Shown in pieces: positions 19,541 through 28,308 of a stretch of 64,000 bases of DNA (positions are counted from its first letter, which is position 1; every line of letters begins with the position of its first letter). Both the position numbers and the translations under genes were made by a program. The notes beneath the pieces were generated by a model. That model ran no database searches. It had not been told where the DNA came from and saw only the letters and a program-made list of their open reading frames with translations. Source of the stretch: Dinoroseobacter sp. (lineage in GTDB: Bacteria; Pseudomonadota; Alphaproteobacteria; Rhodobacterales; Rhodobacteraceae); the NCBI GenBank assembly GCA_963691755.1, contig OY829366.1, forward strand, positions 622,534-686,533. Direction: 5' to 3'.

Positions 19541-21495
19541 TGCGTCTTCTGACCTGGAGCGTAATCGTTGTTTGTGTGGCAAGCGCACTGAATGCCGCGC
19601 CCATCCTAGTGACCTCTGGCGAGCACGAAGATTTCTCACGACTCGTTTTCAACTTTTCGCGTCCTTTCGACTGGTCACTGGAAGAGGCTGAGACTGGATA
19701 TGCTCTCAATATCGACAGGTCAGCAGTAGAATACGATACAAGTCGCGTGTTTCAGTTCATCCCAAAGACCCGGCTTCGTAGCTTGAGCGTGGAACCTGGA
19801 GGGGGCCGTATAGAGTTTGAAATAGACTGCGACTGCCACGCAGTGGCTTTCGACCTTCCACGCGGCCAGGTGGTTGTTGATTTCCGAGACGGACCAAGCC
19901 CCGAAGTTATCGGCGCGGTTGAGCAAATCGATCTCAATTCACTCCCTCTTCCCAATTGGTTTGAGACCCGAAGTGCCCGAACGGGTTTGCGAGTTGATGA
20001 TCTGACAGTACCAGATACATCGTTAGAAAACTTGCAGGAACAGTTGCTCATCGGTTTTAGCGCTGCTGCCGCGGAAGGAGTGATCGATCCGGTAGGGGTG
20101 TCCGTGCGCGAGAGTGATCAAGACACAACCGGAAAAGGCGCAGGTCAGAATGACGAAGGGCAGCCCGATTCAGAGCAGAATTTGCCTGTGACCGTTCTCA
20201 CGCAAATGCAGATAGACACCGCCATACGCACCGCCTTGAGTGATGACGATGAGACTTGTGAACTTGGAATGGAACTTGATGTTCCATCTTGGGGGATCGA
20301 GGGTGATTTGCTGCTCGGGCTCGCGACGCTCCGGCGCGATCTTGTTGGATCTGATCTCAACATAGACGCTGATGCAGTATCCAGACTGGCGCGGGCACTG
20401 ATTTGGCTGAGTTTTGGCGCAGAAGCGATCCAGGTATTAGGTCTAGCGCCGGCGACGACCCCAAAGGCCCTAGCCGAATATGAGGTGATGCGTGCATTGG
20501 CAGAAATTCTAGACGATGGGGAAATGACAGAAACGGCATTTCCAGTGGATAATCTGCATTGTTCGGCGCCCGTCTCTCTATGGGCCTTTCTGGCCACAAG
20601 TGGGACAGTGCCTCTTTCCGATGACGCAAGACTTGAAACGCTTCATACCTTCAATGCATTGCCTGCGCATCTAAGGTTGCACTTGGGACCGGAACTTCAC
20701 CGTCGATTTTTGGATATTGGGGCCCAAAATGCGGCTGAAACGGTCCGTCAGGCAATGGCGCGAGCAACCTCTACAAAACCTGTGCGGCAACGTTTGGTTG
20801 AAGCGATTAGCTTGCGTGACCAGGGTAACGATTTCGCCGCAAGATCCATATTTATGGAGCTTGCACGCGGATCTGACGACGTGGCCGATCAGGCACTTCG
20901 TCATGCGGCTTCGCTTTTCTCCGAAACTGACAAGGCACCTGATTGGATCCTGACCGTTATAGAATCGCGTATTTTTGCCAATCGTGGCTCGCCAAAGGCG
21001 GACCAGTTCCGCGACGCTTTGATTGGGCACCTCTTGTGGCGAAAAGAGTTTCAGCGTGCCGAGAGTGTTGTAAACACTGCCCCATTCGAAACACGTACAC
21101 CTGCGCATCGCGCTTATTTGGAGGATGTACTCCGCCTCGCTCCTGATGGTTACTTTGCTGAATTTGCGACGCGAAATCGGGAAGATATTCTGAATGACCC
21201 CGAGGCCGAGCCTGCGCGAACCTTGGTTGTAGATCGCTTCGTCCAATTGGGTCTTTTGCAATCAGCACAAGAGTTTGGATTGAATGAAAACGCTTCAAGA
21301 CTTGCACAGGATACGATCCGTGACCAAGTGCTATCGCACGGGCTCGCAGAGAGCTTGCCGGGCTCAATAGAGTTAAGACAGAGCGATTACGGAACTGTCT
21401 CGCTCCCCAATGCCAGAGAAATACTGCAGCAAAGTAGAGATCGCCGCAAAATCATAGTTGAGGCCATTGAGGGGACTGCCACCCCCCCCGACTGA
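19540..21495 (+). CDS. Hypothetical secreted/periplasmic protein (651 aa) coupled to motA
   Basis: ATG 19540 overlaps the motA stop (TAATG). It has a signal peptide (MRLLTWSVIVVCVASALNAAP), an acidic linker and a long helical C-terminal region. I recognise no family motif. Confidence 0.6.
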   Translation: MRLLTWSVIVVCVASALNAAPILVTSGEHEDFSRLVFNFSRPFDWSLEEAETGYALNIDRSAVEYDTSRVFQFIPKTRLRSLSVEPGGGRIEFEIDCDCHAVAFDLPRGQVVVDFRDGPSPEVIGAVEQIDLNSLPLPNWFETRSARTGLRVDDLTVPDTSLENLQEQLLIGFSAAAAEGVIDPVGVSVRESDQDTTGKGAGQNDEGQPDSEQNLPVTVLTQMQIDTAIRTALSDDDETCELGMELDVPSWGIEGDLLLGLATLRRDLVGSDLNIDADAVSRLARALIWLSFGAEAIQVLGLAPATTPKALAEYEVMRALAEILDDGEMTETAFPVDNLHCSAPVSLWAFLATSGTVPLSDDARLETLHTFNALPAHLRLHLGPELHRRFLDIGAQNAAETVRQAMARATSTKPVRQRLVEAISLRDQGNDFAARSIFMELARGSDDVADQALRHAASLFSETDKAPDWILTVIESRIFANRGSPKADQFRDALIGHLLWRKEFQRAESVVNTAPFETRTPAHRAYLEDVLRLAPDGYFAEFATRNREDILNDPEAEPARTLVVDRFVQLGLLQSAQEFGLNENASRLAQDTIRDQVLSHGLAESLPGSIELRQSDYGTVSLPNAREILQQSRDRRKIIVEAIEGTATPPD

Positions 21496-21551
21496 TCGAA
21501 AGGCTTTCTTAATCAAGCTTTTGGATAACAGGTCCAAGACCTGCAAGAATT

Positions 21552-22298
21552 GTGGCGAACGGCGTGATTTTTCTCCTTAAGACCATCGTATATATGACGT
21601 TCTGTGTTTGCTTCTGCATGCCTCTCTATGCAGCTTCAACGCATGAGCCCGTGCTTCATACTGCAGCCCTTTGTGATCTTGCTGCCGGGAAGGCCAGTCG
21701 ATCGCAAGATGTACCGCTTGATGTGTTACTGGCGATCTCAAGGACTGAGTCTGGGCGACGGGTCGAAGGTTCGTTCGTGTCCTGGCCGTGGACCATTAAT
21801 GATGCCGGACATGGACAGTATTTCCCAACCCAGGCGAGCGCGGAACAGTTTGTTGGGGGGCGTCTTGAACTAGGTGCCCGCAGCATCGACATCGGCTGTT
21901 TTCAAATCAACTATCGCTGGCACCACGACGCATTCCCGTCTGTAGCTGCAATGTTCGATCCAGAGCAGAATGCGCTCTATGCGGCGAGCTTCCTGAAGTC
22001 TTTGTTTCTGGAGCTTGGTTCGTGGGATGACGCGATTGGAGCGTATCATTCACGTACCGCCACGCATGCAGAGCGCTACCGAAGTAAAGTTTCTGAGAAC
22101 CGCGCATTGGTACGCTCGGTGATAGACGACCAGGGGTTGCAAATATCAGATACTTGGCAAAGCCCTGCTAACGTCTTGCTGTCACGTCAGATGCCGGTCC
22201 GCGCAAGAAGGCCTTTTGGTTCCCTCGTTCCCAAGCATGAACCTGCGTTGCGCGCGTTTATTTCGGTTGCGCAAGGTGCCGCGAGGCCTTTGCCATGA
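21552..22298 (+). CDS. SLT-domain lytic transglycosylase, flagellum-associated (SltF-like)
   Basis: It has the SLT catalytic region (LLAISRTESGR...GCFQINYRWH...YAASFLKSL...AIGAYHS) with the catalytic Glu in the TES motif. The N-terminus is hydrophobic. Its stop overlaps the flhA start. The start is either 21552 or ATG 21594. Confidence 0.8.
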   Translation: MANGVIFLLKTIVYMTFCVCFCMPLYAASTHEPVLHTAALCDLAAGKASRSQDVPLDVLLAISRTESGRRVEGSFVSWPWTINDAGHGQYFPTQASAEQFVGGRLELGARSIDIGCFQINYRWHHDAFPSVAAMFDPEQNALYAASFLKSLFLELGSWDDAIGAYHSRTATHAERYRSKVSENRALVRSVIDDQGLQISDTWQSPANVLLSRQMPVRARRPFGSLVPKHEPALRAFISVAQGAARPLP

Positions 22299-24382
22299 TC
22301 CGGCTGCAGCCATCCGTATTATTTCAGCCCACGGTTCTGCTCGCCATTGCGTTGATGGCGATCATTGTAATGATGATTTTGCCAATGCCGGCATGGGTAT
22401 TGGACATTGGTCTTGCTGCATCCTTTGGACTTGCGATCCTTATCTTTACAGTGACTCTTTTTATTGAAAGACCACTGGATTTTTCGGCCTTCCCGACAGT
22501 GCTTCTGGCTTCCTTGATGCTGCGACTTTCACTCAATGTTTCATCAACGAAGCTCATAATAGGGGAAGGACATGCGGGGACGCATGCTGCTGGAGATGTC
22601 ATTCAGGGATTTGCGCTTTTCGTTATGGGAGGAAGCGTTTTTCTAGGCCTTGTCGTTTTTGGCGTGCTTTTGATCGTCAACTTCATGGTGATCACCAAAG
22701 GTGCTGCGCGCATGGCAGAAGTGGGTGCGCGCTTTGCATTGGACGGAATGCCCGGCAAGCAGCTGGCGATCGATAGCGATATGTCTGCCGGAGCGATAGA
22801 TCATGTGGAAGCCAAAGCCCGCCGAGAAAGGGAACAGGCAGAAACCACCTTTTTTGGATCTCTCGACGGGGCCTCGAAGTTCGTGAAAGGAGACGCGGTC
22901 GCGGGATTGCTGATCACGCTGCTAAACCTCGTGATGGGGCTTGCTATTGGGACGTTGGCGCATGGGATGCCCCTTGCAAACGCTTTTGAAACATATGCCA
23001 TTTTGACGGTCGGAGACGGGCTGGTTTCGCAAATTCCTGCAGTCGTTATCTCGATAGCTTCGGCGCTTTTGCTTGCGCGCGGGGGCGCCACCGGAAAAGC
23101 GGACACAGCACTGGTGGATCAGCTGGGCCGTCACCCTGTCGCTTTGCTGACAGTCGCAATTCTGATGGTTTTGTTTGCACTTGTGCCAGGCCTGCCCTTT
23201 GTACCTTTCGTGCTGGGTGCAGCTGTACTTGGGTTTGCGGGTTGGCGAACCCATCGGTATCTGGAAACCAAGGTAGAGACCGCAAACGCTGTTGAAACCT
23301 CCGAAGAGGCCCCAGCAAAATCGCTTGGGGATATCCTTGATCTCGATGATGTTCATTTGAGCTTCGCGCCCGATCTTGTGTCAATGGTTCTGGACGCAGA
23401 TTCGGGCCTTGAAGCGCGCATAGAGAACATGCGCATGCATGTTGCGCGCAGTTTTGGATTACTTTTGCCTGATATCCGTCTGACCGATGATGCGACGCTG
23501 AAACGTGGGGAATATGTGATCCGCGTTCAGGGCGTCGAAACTGGGAAAGGTCTCCTGCGTCCAGATCAGACCCTGGCCCTGTTAGGCGACAATGCGGCTG
23601 GAATGCCGAGTGGCGAGGACGTGCTTGAGCCAGTCTTTAAAGCGCCAGCCCGTTGGATCGAAACTGCCGATCAAGAGGTGGCTGCAATCGCTGGAGCGAC
23701 CACAGTCTCTGCCAATGAGGTCCTTGCGACGCATCTATTGGAGGTCATTAAACAGAACCTTGCACGACTTTTGACACTTAAGTCGCTTCGCAAATTACTG
23801 GATGAGATGTGTAACTTGTCCGACCAAGAAAGGTCCGCAGCGAATAAGCGGCTATTAGATGAGTTGATGCCTGAGAAGGTCCCTCCAGAATTGCTTTTAG
23901 CGGTTCTGAAGCTTTTATTGGACGAAGGGGTTTCAATCAGAAATCTTGGAACAATTCTTGAAACCATCTCCGAAGTACGTGCCCATGCTGGATCGGCCGA
24001 AGCGATATGCGAGCTCGTCCGCCAGCGCCTGAGTTTACAACTGCTCGAGGACCTTCGGCGCGCAGATGGAACAGTGCCGTTACTGCAATTGGCTGGAGAA
24101 TGGGAAGACACGTTCAATACCTATGCATTGGCTTCAGATAGCTCAGGCGCGGGGAATGTTGCGCTTCCGCCAGAGCTGTTTCAGAAGCTGACACAAGCCG
24201 CAGCAGATAAACTCGCCTTGCTGTCGGAAGACGGAGTATTCCCGGCAATCGTGTCAAGCGCCGCGCGCAGGCGCTACCTTCGTACGATTTTTCAGGCCAA
24301 GGGGATTACCGCGCCTGTTCTGTCTTTTGAGGAACTTGGAAGCAATGCAAAACCAGCGCTGATGGGGGTCATTCCTGCATGA
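22295..24382 (+). CDS. flhA: Flagellar export gate protein FlhA
   Basis: The product is 695 aa with a polytopic N-terminal domain. It has the conserved FHIPEP-region motifs (ARFALDGMPGKQLAIDSDMSAG, FVKGDAVAGLLITLLNL). A large cytoplasmic C-domain follows. Confidence 0.95.
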   Translation: MIRLQPSVLFQPTVLLAIALMAIIVMMILPMPAWVLDIGLAASFGLAILIFTVTLFIERPLDFSAFPTVLLASLMLRLSLNVSSTKLIIGEGHAGTHAAGDVIQGFALFVMGGSVFLGLVVFGVLLIVNFMVITKGAARMAEVGARFALDGMPGKQLAIDSDMSAGAIDHVEAKARREREQAETTFFGSLDGASKFVKGDAVAGLLITLLNLVMGLAIGTLAHGMPLANAFETYAILTVGDGLVSQIPAVVISIASALLLARGGATGKADTALVDQLGRHPVALLTVAILMVLFALVPGLPFVPFVLGAAVLGFAGWRTHRYLETKVETANAVETSEEAPAKSLGDILDLDDVHLSFAPDLVSMVLDADSGLEARIENMRMHVARSFGLLLPDIRLTDDATLKRGEYVIRVQGVETGKGLLRPDQTLALLGDNAAGMPSGEDVLEPVFKAPARWIETADQEVAAIAGATTVSANEVLATHLLEVIKQNLARLLTLKSLRKLLDEMCNLSDQERSAANKRLLDELMPEKVPPELLLAVLKLLLDEGVSIRNLGTILETISEVRAHAGSAEAICELVRQRLSLQLLEDLRRADGTVPLLQLAGEWEDTFNTYALASDSSGAGNVALPPELFQKLTQAAADKLALLSEDGVFPAIVSSAARRRYLRTIFQAKGITAPVLSFEELGSNAKPALMGVIPA

Positions 24383-25158
24383 ATGCGCTTGTTCAATCTG
24401 CCTCGGATTGGGTGGGGCAGATGGGTGTTGTGGTGCTTGCTATATTTCTGCGGGTTGGCGCAGCGATGGCGATGTTGCCCGCGTTTGGCGAGCAGGTTGT
24501 GCCAGTACGTGTTCGTTTGGCCGCGGCTTTGGCTTTTACCGCGCTTTTGGCCCCGCTTATGTCGATCGAGACCTCCGCACGTATTGTCGAGTTCTGGTCT
24601 GTGAACTTCGGGGGCGCAGAGGTTTTGAATGGCTTGATCCTCGGATTTGCCTTTCGATTATTTGTGATGGCTTTGACAATCGCCGGTATGATGGCCGCCT
24701 CTGCGACATCACTTGCGCAGATCTTTGGAGGGGGCGTGGGGGTCAATCCACAACCCGCTATCGGCAACGTGATGGTGGTGTCCGGATTGGCCTTGGCGAC
24801 CCTTGGCGGCCTGCATGTGAAAATGCTTGAGGCCTTGCTTTTGTCTTACACGGCATTGCCTGCAGGTATCTGGCCAAATGTTTCCGACGTGGCGAGTTGG
24901 GCAATGGCGGACATATCACGGGCCTTTGCGTTGGGCTTTGTAATTGCAGCGCCTTTCACGATTGCGGCATTTCTATACAATCTCGCGCTCGGGGTCATAA
25001 ATCGTGCAATGCCGCAGCTTATGGTCGCTTTTGTTGGTGCCCCTGCATTGACCCTCGGCGGTTTGATCCTGCTGGTCTTGTCGCTTCCATTCGCGTTGCA
25101 GCATTGGATGGGTCTTTTTGATGCGACGCTCGCCAGTCCGTTGGGGTCGAGCCGCTAG
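24379..25158 (+). CDS. fliR: Flagellar export gate protein FliR
   Basis: The product is a 259-aa polytopic membrane protein. Its start overlaps the flhA stop (ATGA). It holds the canonical position between flhA and flhB. Confidence 0.85.
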   Translation: MNALVQSASDWVGQMGVVVLAIFLRVGAAMAMLPAFGEQVVPVRVRLAAALAFTALLAPLMSIETSARIVEFWSVNFGGAEVLNGLILGFAFRLFVMALTIAGMMAASATSLAQIFGGGVGVNPQPAIGNVMVVSGLALATLGGLHVKMLEALLLSYTALPAGIWPNVSDVASWAMADISRAFALGFVIAAPFTIAAFLYNLALGVINRAMPQLMVAFVGAPALTLGGLILLVLSLPFALQHWMGLFDATLASPLGSSR

Positions 25159-25160
25159 AG

Positions 25161-26237
25161 ATGGCAGAGGACGACACCGAGAAGTCTCACGAGCCGACCC
25201 CGAAAAAGCTGGAGGAAGCACGAAAGAAGGGGGAGATCGCGCGATCCACGGATTTGAACACCGCCGTGGCCTATGCGGGGTTCTTGCTGGGGTGCCTGAC
25301 GCTTGCACCTTGGGGGCTTCAGAAGATTTCTTCAGGCTTGGCGGGGCTAATTACGCATGCGGAACCGCTATCAATGCACCTCGCGTCGGGCGATGGGGGG
25401 CAACTGGCGGAAGTACTCAGTAGTATTTTTATCGGGGCCGCGCCCTTCATTGCGATACCAGCATTTTGTGTTCTCTCGGCACTTATAGCCCAGCGCACAA
25501 TTATCGTCACGCCGTCCAAGGTGAAACCCAAAGCCAGCCGGATATCGATCCTTTCAAATGCAAAGCAAAAATTTGGTCGCGCAGGATTATTTGAGTTCGC
25601 AAAAAGCTTTATCAAACTCGTGATCTACAGCGTTCTTCTCGGTTTTCTTCTCATTGGAGGGGCGTCACAGCTTGTGGCCCTCGCTGGCTATGAACCAAGT
25701 AGTATCGTTCTCGCGCTTTTTGGGCTTACGCGTTCGTTTCTGACGCAGATTGTGTTGGTAGCGGTTGTGATTGGTGTGCTCGACCTGATGTTTCAACGCG
25801 CTGAACACACTCGAAAAAATCGCATGAGCTTCAAAGAGCTTCAAGACGAACAAAAGAACGCCGAAGGCGATCCGCATATGAAGCAGCAGCGACGGCAAAG
25901 GGGTTATGAGATCGCGATGTCTCAAATGATGAAAGACGTCGAAGACGCAGACGTCGTGGTAATGAACCCAACGCATTTTGCGGTTGCATTAAAGTGGGAT
26001 CGTCTGTCTGGACGCGCGCCGGTTTGCGTCGCGAAGGGTCGTGATCACGTTGCTTTGGCAATCCGTGACCGTGCCATGGAACATGGTGTAGCCGTTCGAT
26101 ACGATCCCCCTACAGCGCGCGCTCTCCATGCAAGTTTGGAGATCGGGGATGAGATTTCGCCCGAGCATTATAAACCAGTGGCTGCTGCGATCCGGTTTGC
26201 GGAAAAGTTGCGTACGATGCAGCGGCCGTCCTCATGA
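25161..26237 (+). CDS. flhB: Flagellar export switch protein FlhB
   Basis: The N-terminus is EKSHEPTPKKLEEARKKGEIARS. It has four TM segments. It has the NPTH autocleavage site (VVVMNPTHFAVALKW). Confidence 0.95.
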   Translation: MAEDDTEKSHEPTPKKLEEARKKGEIARSTDLNTAVAYAGFLLGCLTLAPWGLQKISSGLAGLITHAEPLSMHLASGDGGQLAEVLSSIFIGAAPFIAIPAFCVLSALIAQRTIIVTPSKVKPKASRISILSNAKQKFGRAGLFEFAKSFIKLVIYSVLLGFLLIGGASQLVALAGYEPSSIVLALFGLTRSFLTQIVLVAVVIGVLDLMFQRAEHTRKNRMSFKELQDEQKNAEGDPHMKQQRRQRGYEIAMSQMMKDVEDADVVVMNPTHFAVALKWDRLSGRAPVCVAKGRDHVALAIRDRAMEHGVAVRYDPPTARALHASLEIGDEISPEHYKPVAAAIRFAEKLRTMQRPSS

Positions 26238-26599
26238 AGCAAAGCGATGCGAGAAGACTTGAAAGATTGCTGAAACTAGCGACGTTACACGCTGCGGCTC
26301 TGCGCGGTGGTTTGGCGCCGCAGATCCAACAGGACTTGCAGCTTGAAAAGGATGCGCGCGCTTTGCAGAGCGCCCGGTACAAGGCCCGAGATGCAGAATT
26401 TTTAGATGCAAAGATCGCTCAGGCCGGTGATATCTACGATATCTGGTGTGCTGAACAGTTGGGTGCGACCCAGATCAAACGGGCTGCGCTCAAAGCAGAG
26501 ATCGCACCGGCCGAGGAAGCTTTAGCACGTGCCGAAGCGAGACGCATCGTGATCGAGAAACGTGTTCAGGAAATGCGCAGAAATCGATCAAAAAAGTAA
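26234..26599 (+). CDS. Hypothetical 121-aa coiled-coil protein (FliJ-like candidate)
   Basis: ATG 26234 overlaps the flhB stop (ATGA). The sequence is entirely helical, R/A/E/Q/L-rich and has a basic tail. No specific motif is visible, so the call is by size, composition and context only. Confidence 0.4.
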   Translation: MKQSDARRLERLLKLATLHAAALRGGLAPQIQQDLQLEKDARALQSARYKARDAEFLDAKIAQAGDIYDIWCAEQLGATQIKRAALKAEIAPAEEALARAEARRIVIEKRVQEMRRNRSKK

Positions 26600-26617
26600 G
26601 CAGAGCGCGCCAGAAAT

Positions 26618-27130
26618 CTAGCTAAGATCCTGCCGTACAATGTCGATGATCAGAACATTCGCCACCAGATCGGATTCCATTGCCTGGCGTGTCGCCTCAG
26701 TCAGCATGTTTCTCAAGACGTCAAGGTTTCTTGTCGCAGTAAATGTCCCGTTAAAACCACCAGCGTTCGCGTGTTGAAACAGCACAGATAGCAATGCGTC
26801 GCGAATTTTAGGCTCTCTCGTGTAAACTGCTTCACGTCCCCCCACTTTGACTTCCAAGCTGAGTGACATGACCACAAGTGCTGAAACGTCCCCATCATTC
26901 ACGACAGGTACGATGAACTGGTTGTTCAGCTTGACGTAATCCATCTCGCCACTTGGGTCTTCGTCATATCCTCCGCCATAGTCACCAGCGTCCGGCTCGT
27001 TATCGGTTTGTGATTGATCGTCAGGTTCTTCGGGAACTGCGGCTTCTGCAGCTGGGCGCATGAACCAGCCTGCAGTTGCACCGCCGATCAAGCCAAATAC
27101 GACCAGGAGAACTGGGAGGAGCTTCTTCAT
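26618..27130 (-). CDS. FliL-family basal-body-associated protein (second copy)
   Basis: It has an N-terminal TM segment (LLPVLLVVFGLIGGATAGWF) and an acidic linker. The FliL-like core is YVKLNNQFIVPVV...ALVVMSLSLEV...REPKIRDALLSVL...LIIDIVRQD. It is the last gene of the flgB...flgH operon. Confidence 0.7.
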   Translation of the reverse strand: MKKLLPVLLVVFGLIGGATAGWFMRPAAEAAVPEEPDDQSQTDNEPDAGDYGGGYDEDPSGEMDYVKLNNQFIVPVVNDGDVSALVVMSLSLEVKVGGREAVYTREPKIRDALLSVLFQHANAGGFNGTFTATRNLDVLRNMLTEATRQAMESDLVANVLIIDIVRQDLS

Positions 27131-27139
27131 TGTCGAGAC

Positions 27140-27871
27140 CTAAAATGGGAGGATAATGTCAGCGATTTGCTGCCCGATCCTTGGTTGTTGAACATCCGTG
27201 ATTTGCCCGCGGCCCCCATATGAAATGCGTGCTGCTGCGATCTTGTCATAGGTGATTTCATTCTGACGTGAGATGTCTCCGGGACGTACAAAGCCTGTGA
27301 CAATCAGTTCTCGGAGCTCAAAGTTGACACGCACTTCCTGCGTGCCCTGAATGCGCAAGACACCATTCCGCATCACCTCCACCACTGTGGCAGCAATGCG
27401 TAGCGTTAGTTTTTCATTTCGGCGTACCGACCCTGCGCCTGTAGAACTGCTGCTTTGGTCGGTAGAGACGGCATTGGCGGATGTGGCCCCAGAAGGCAAT
27501 TGTTCGTCCAAACGTTGCGGCAGCCCAAGAAGCTGAGGCATCGAAAGCGTTTCCTCGCCAGATCGCGATCTGTTCGACCGGTTTGAAATTTCGGCGCGGT
27601 CGTCAATTTCGACAACAACGGTCAGTATGTCACCTCGTGCTCCGGCACGGCGTTCTCCGAGAAGGGAGCTGCGGCCGCGGTCCCACAGGGAAGCCTGAGG
27701 TTCGGCGCGCGCAACGGTGGCGATTTCGGGCAGACCCGGATGGGTCATCGCGAAATACTCGTCACCTGCATATACATGCGTGAAATCAGGAGCCTGCCCA
27801 ACACCTTCCAAGCGTGCACACGCCCCAAAACTGAAAACCAAAATGATGAAAAGGGCCCACTTGAAACTCAT
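27140..27871 (-). CDS. flgH: Flagellar L-ring lipoprotein FlgH
   Basis: It has a lipobox (LVFSFGAC). It has the FlgH core (GDILTVVVEIDD...NEKLTLRIAATVVEVMRNGVLRIQGTQEVRVN...ELIVTGFVRPGDI). Confidence 0.93.
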   Translation of the reverse strand: MSFKWALFIILVFSFGACARLEGVGQAPDFTHVYAGDEYFAMTHPGLPEIATVARAEPQASLWDRGRSSLLGERRAGARGDILTVVVEIDDRAEISNRSNRSRSGEETLSMPQLLGLPQRLDEQLPSGATSANAVSTDQSSSSTGAGSVRRNEKLTLRIAATVVEVMRNGVLRIQGTQEVRVNFELRELIVTGFVRPGDISRQNEITYDKIAAARISYGGRGQITDVQQPRIGQQIADIILPF

Positions 27872-28308
27872 TCCGTGATCTCCATTGATCCGACGCGGAC
27901 GCGTGCCGGTCCTTCGACTTGCGCTGAAACTGTTGTTCGGGATCCAAGGTTCATAACCCGGATGGTTTCTCCCAAAGCCGCGCGACCGAGTGCGCGCCCC
28001 TCGGTGACAATTTGCACCGACCCCGTGAGGTAGATCATCTGGACGATTTCATTACGTTGCACGATTGCAGGTTCTCCCAACTGGCTTCGGGAAATCGGCC
28101 GGCCTGCATAGAGCACTTCACGGGTTTCCATTCCGACAAACTCCAAAAGCTCGGTCTCGGCATTGCTGCTTGCGCCTGCCCGAATTGCGAGATCGTCTTC
28201 TGTTAGTATCGCCTGCGCTCGGATTGTGCGCTTTGCGACAATGTCCGCATCGCTCGCCGTGGCCATCAAAAAAAGTAGGCTACAGGATGAAAGTACTATT
28301 GATTTCAT
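27868..28308 (-). CDS. flgA: Flagellar P-ring assembly chaperone FlgA
   Basis: The product is 146 aa with a signal peptide. It has the SAF/FlgA-type C-terminal region (AIVQRNEIVQMIY...VQIVTEGRALGRAALGETIRVMN). It lies between flgG and flgH with overlapping stop/start codons. Confidence 0.8.
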   Translation of the reverse strand: MKSIVLSSCSLLFLMATASDADIVAKRTIRAQAILTEDDLAIRAGASSNAETELLEFVGMETREVLYAGRPISRSQLGEPAIVQRNEIVQMIYLTGSVQIVTEGRALGRAALGETIRVMNLGSRTTVSAQVEGPARVRVGSMEITE

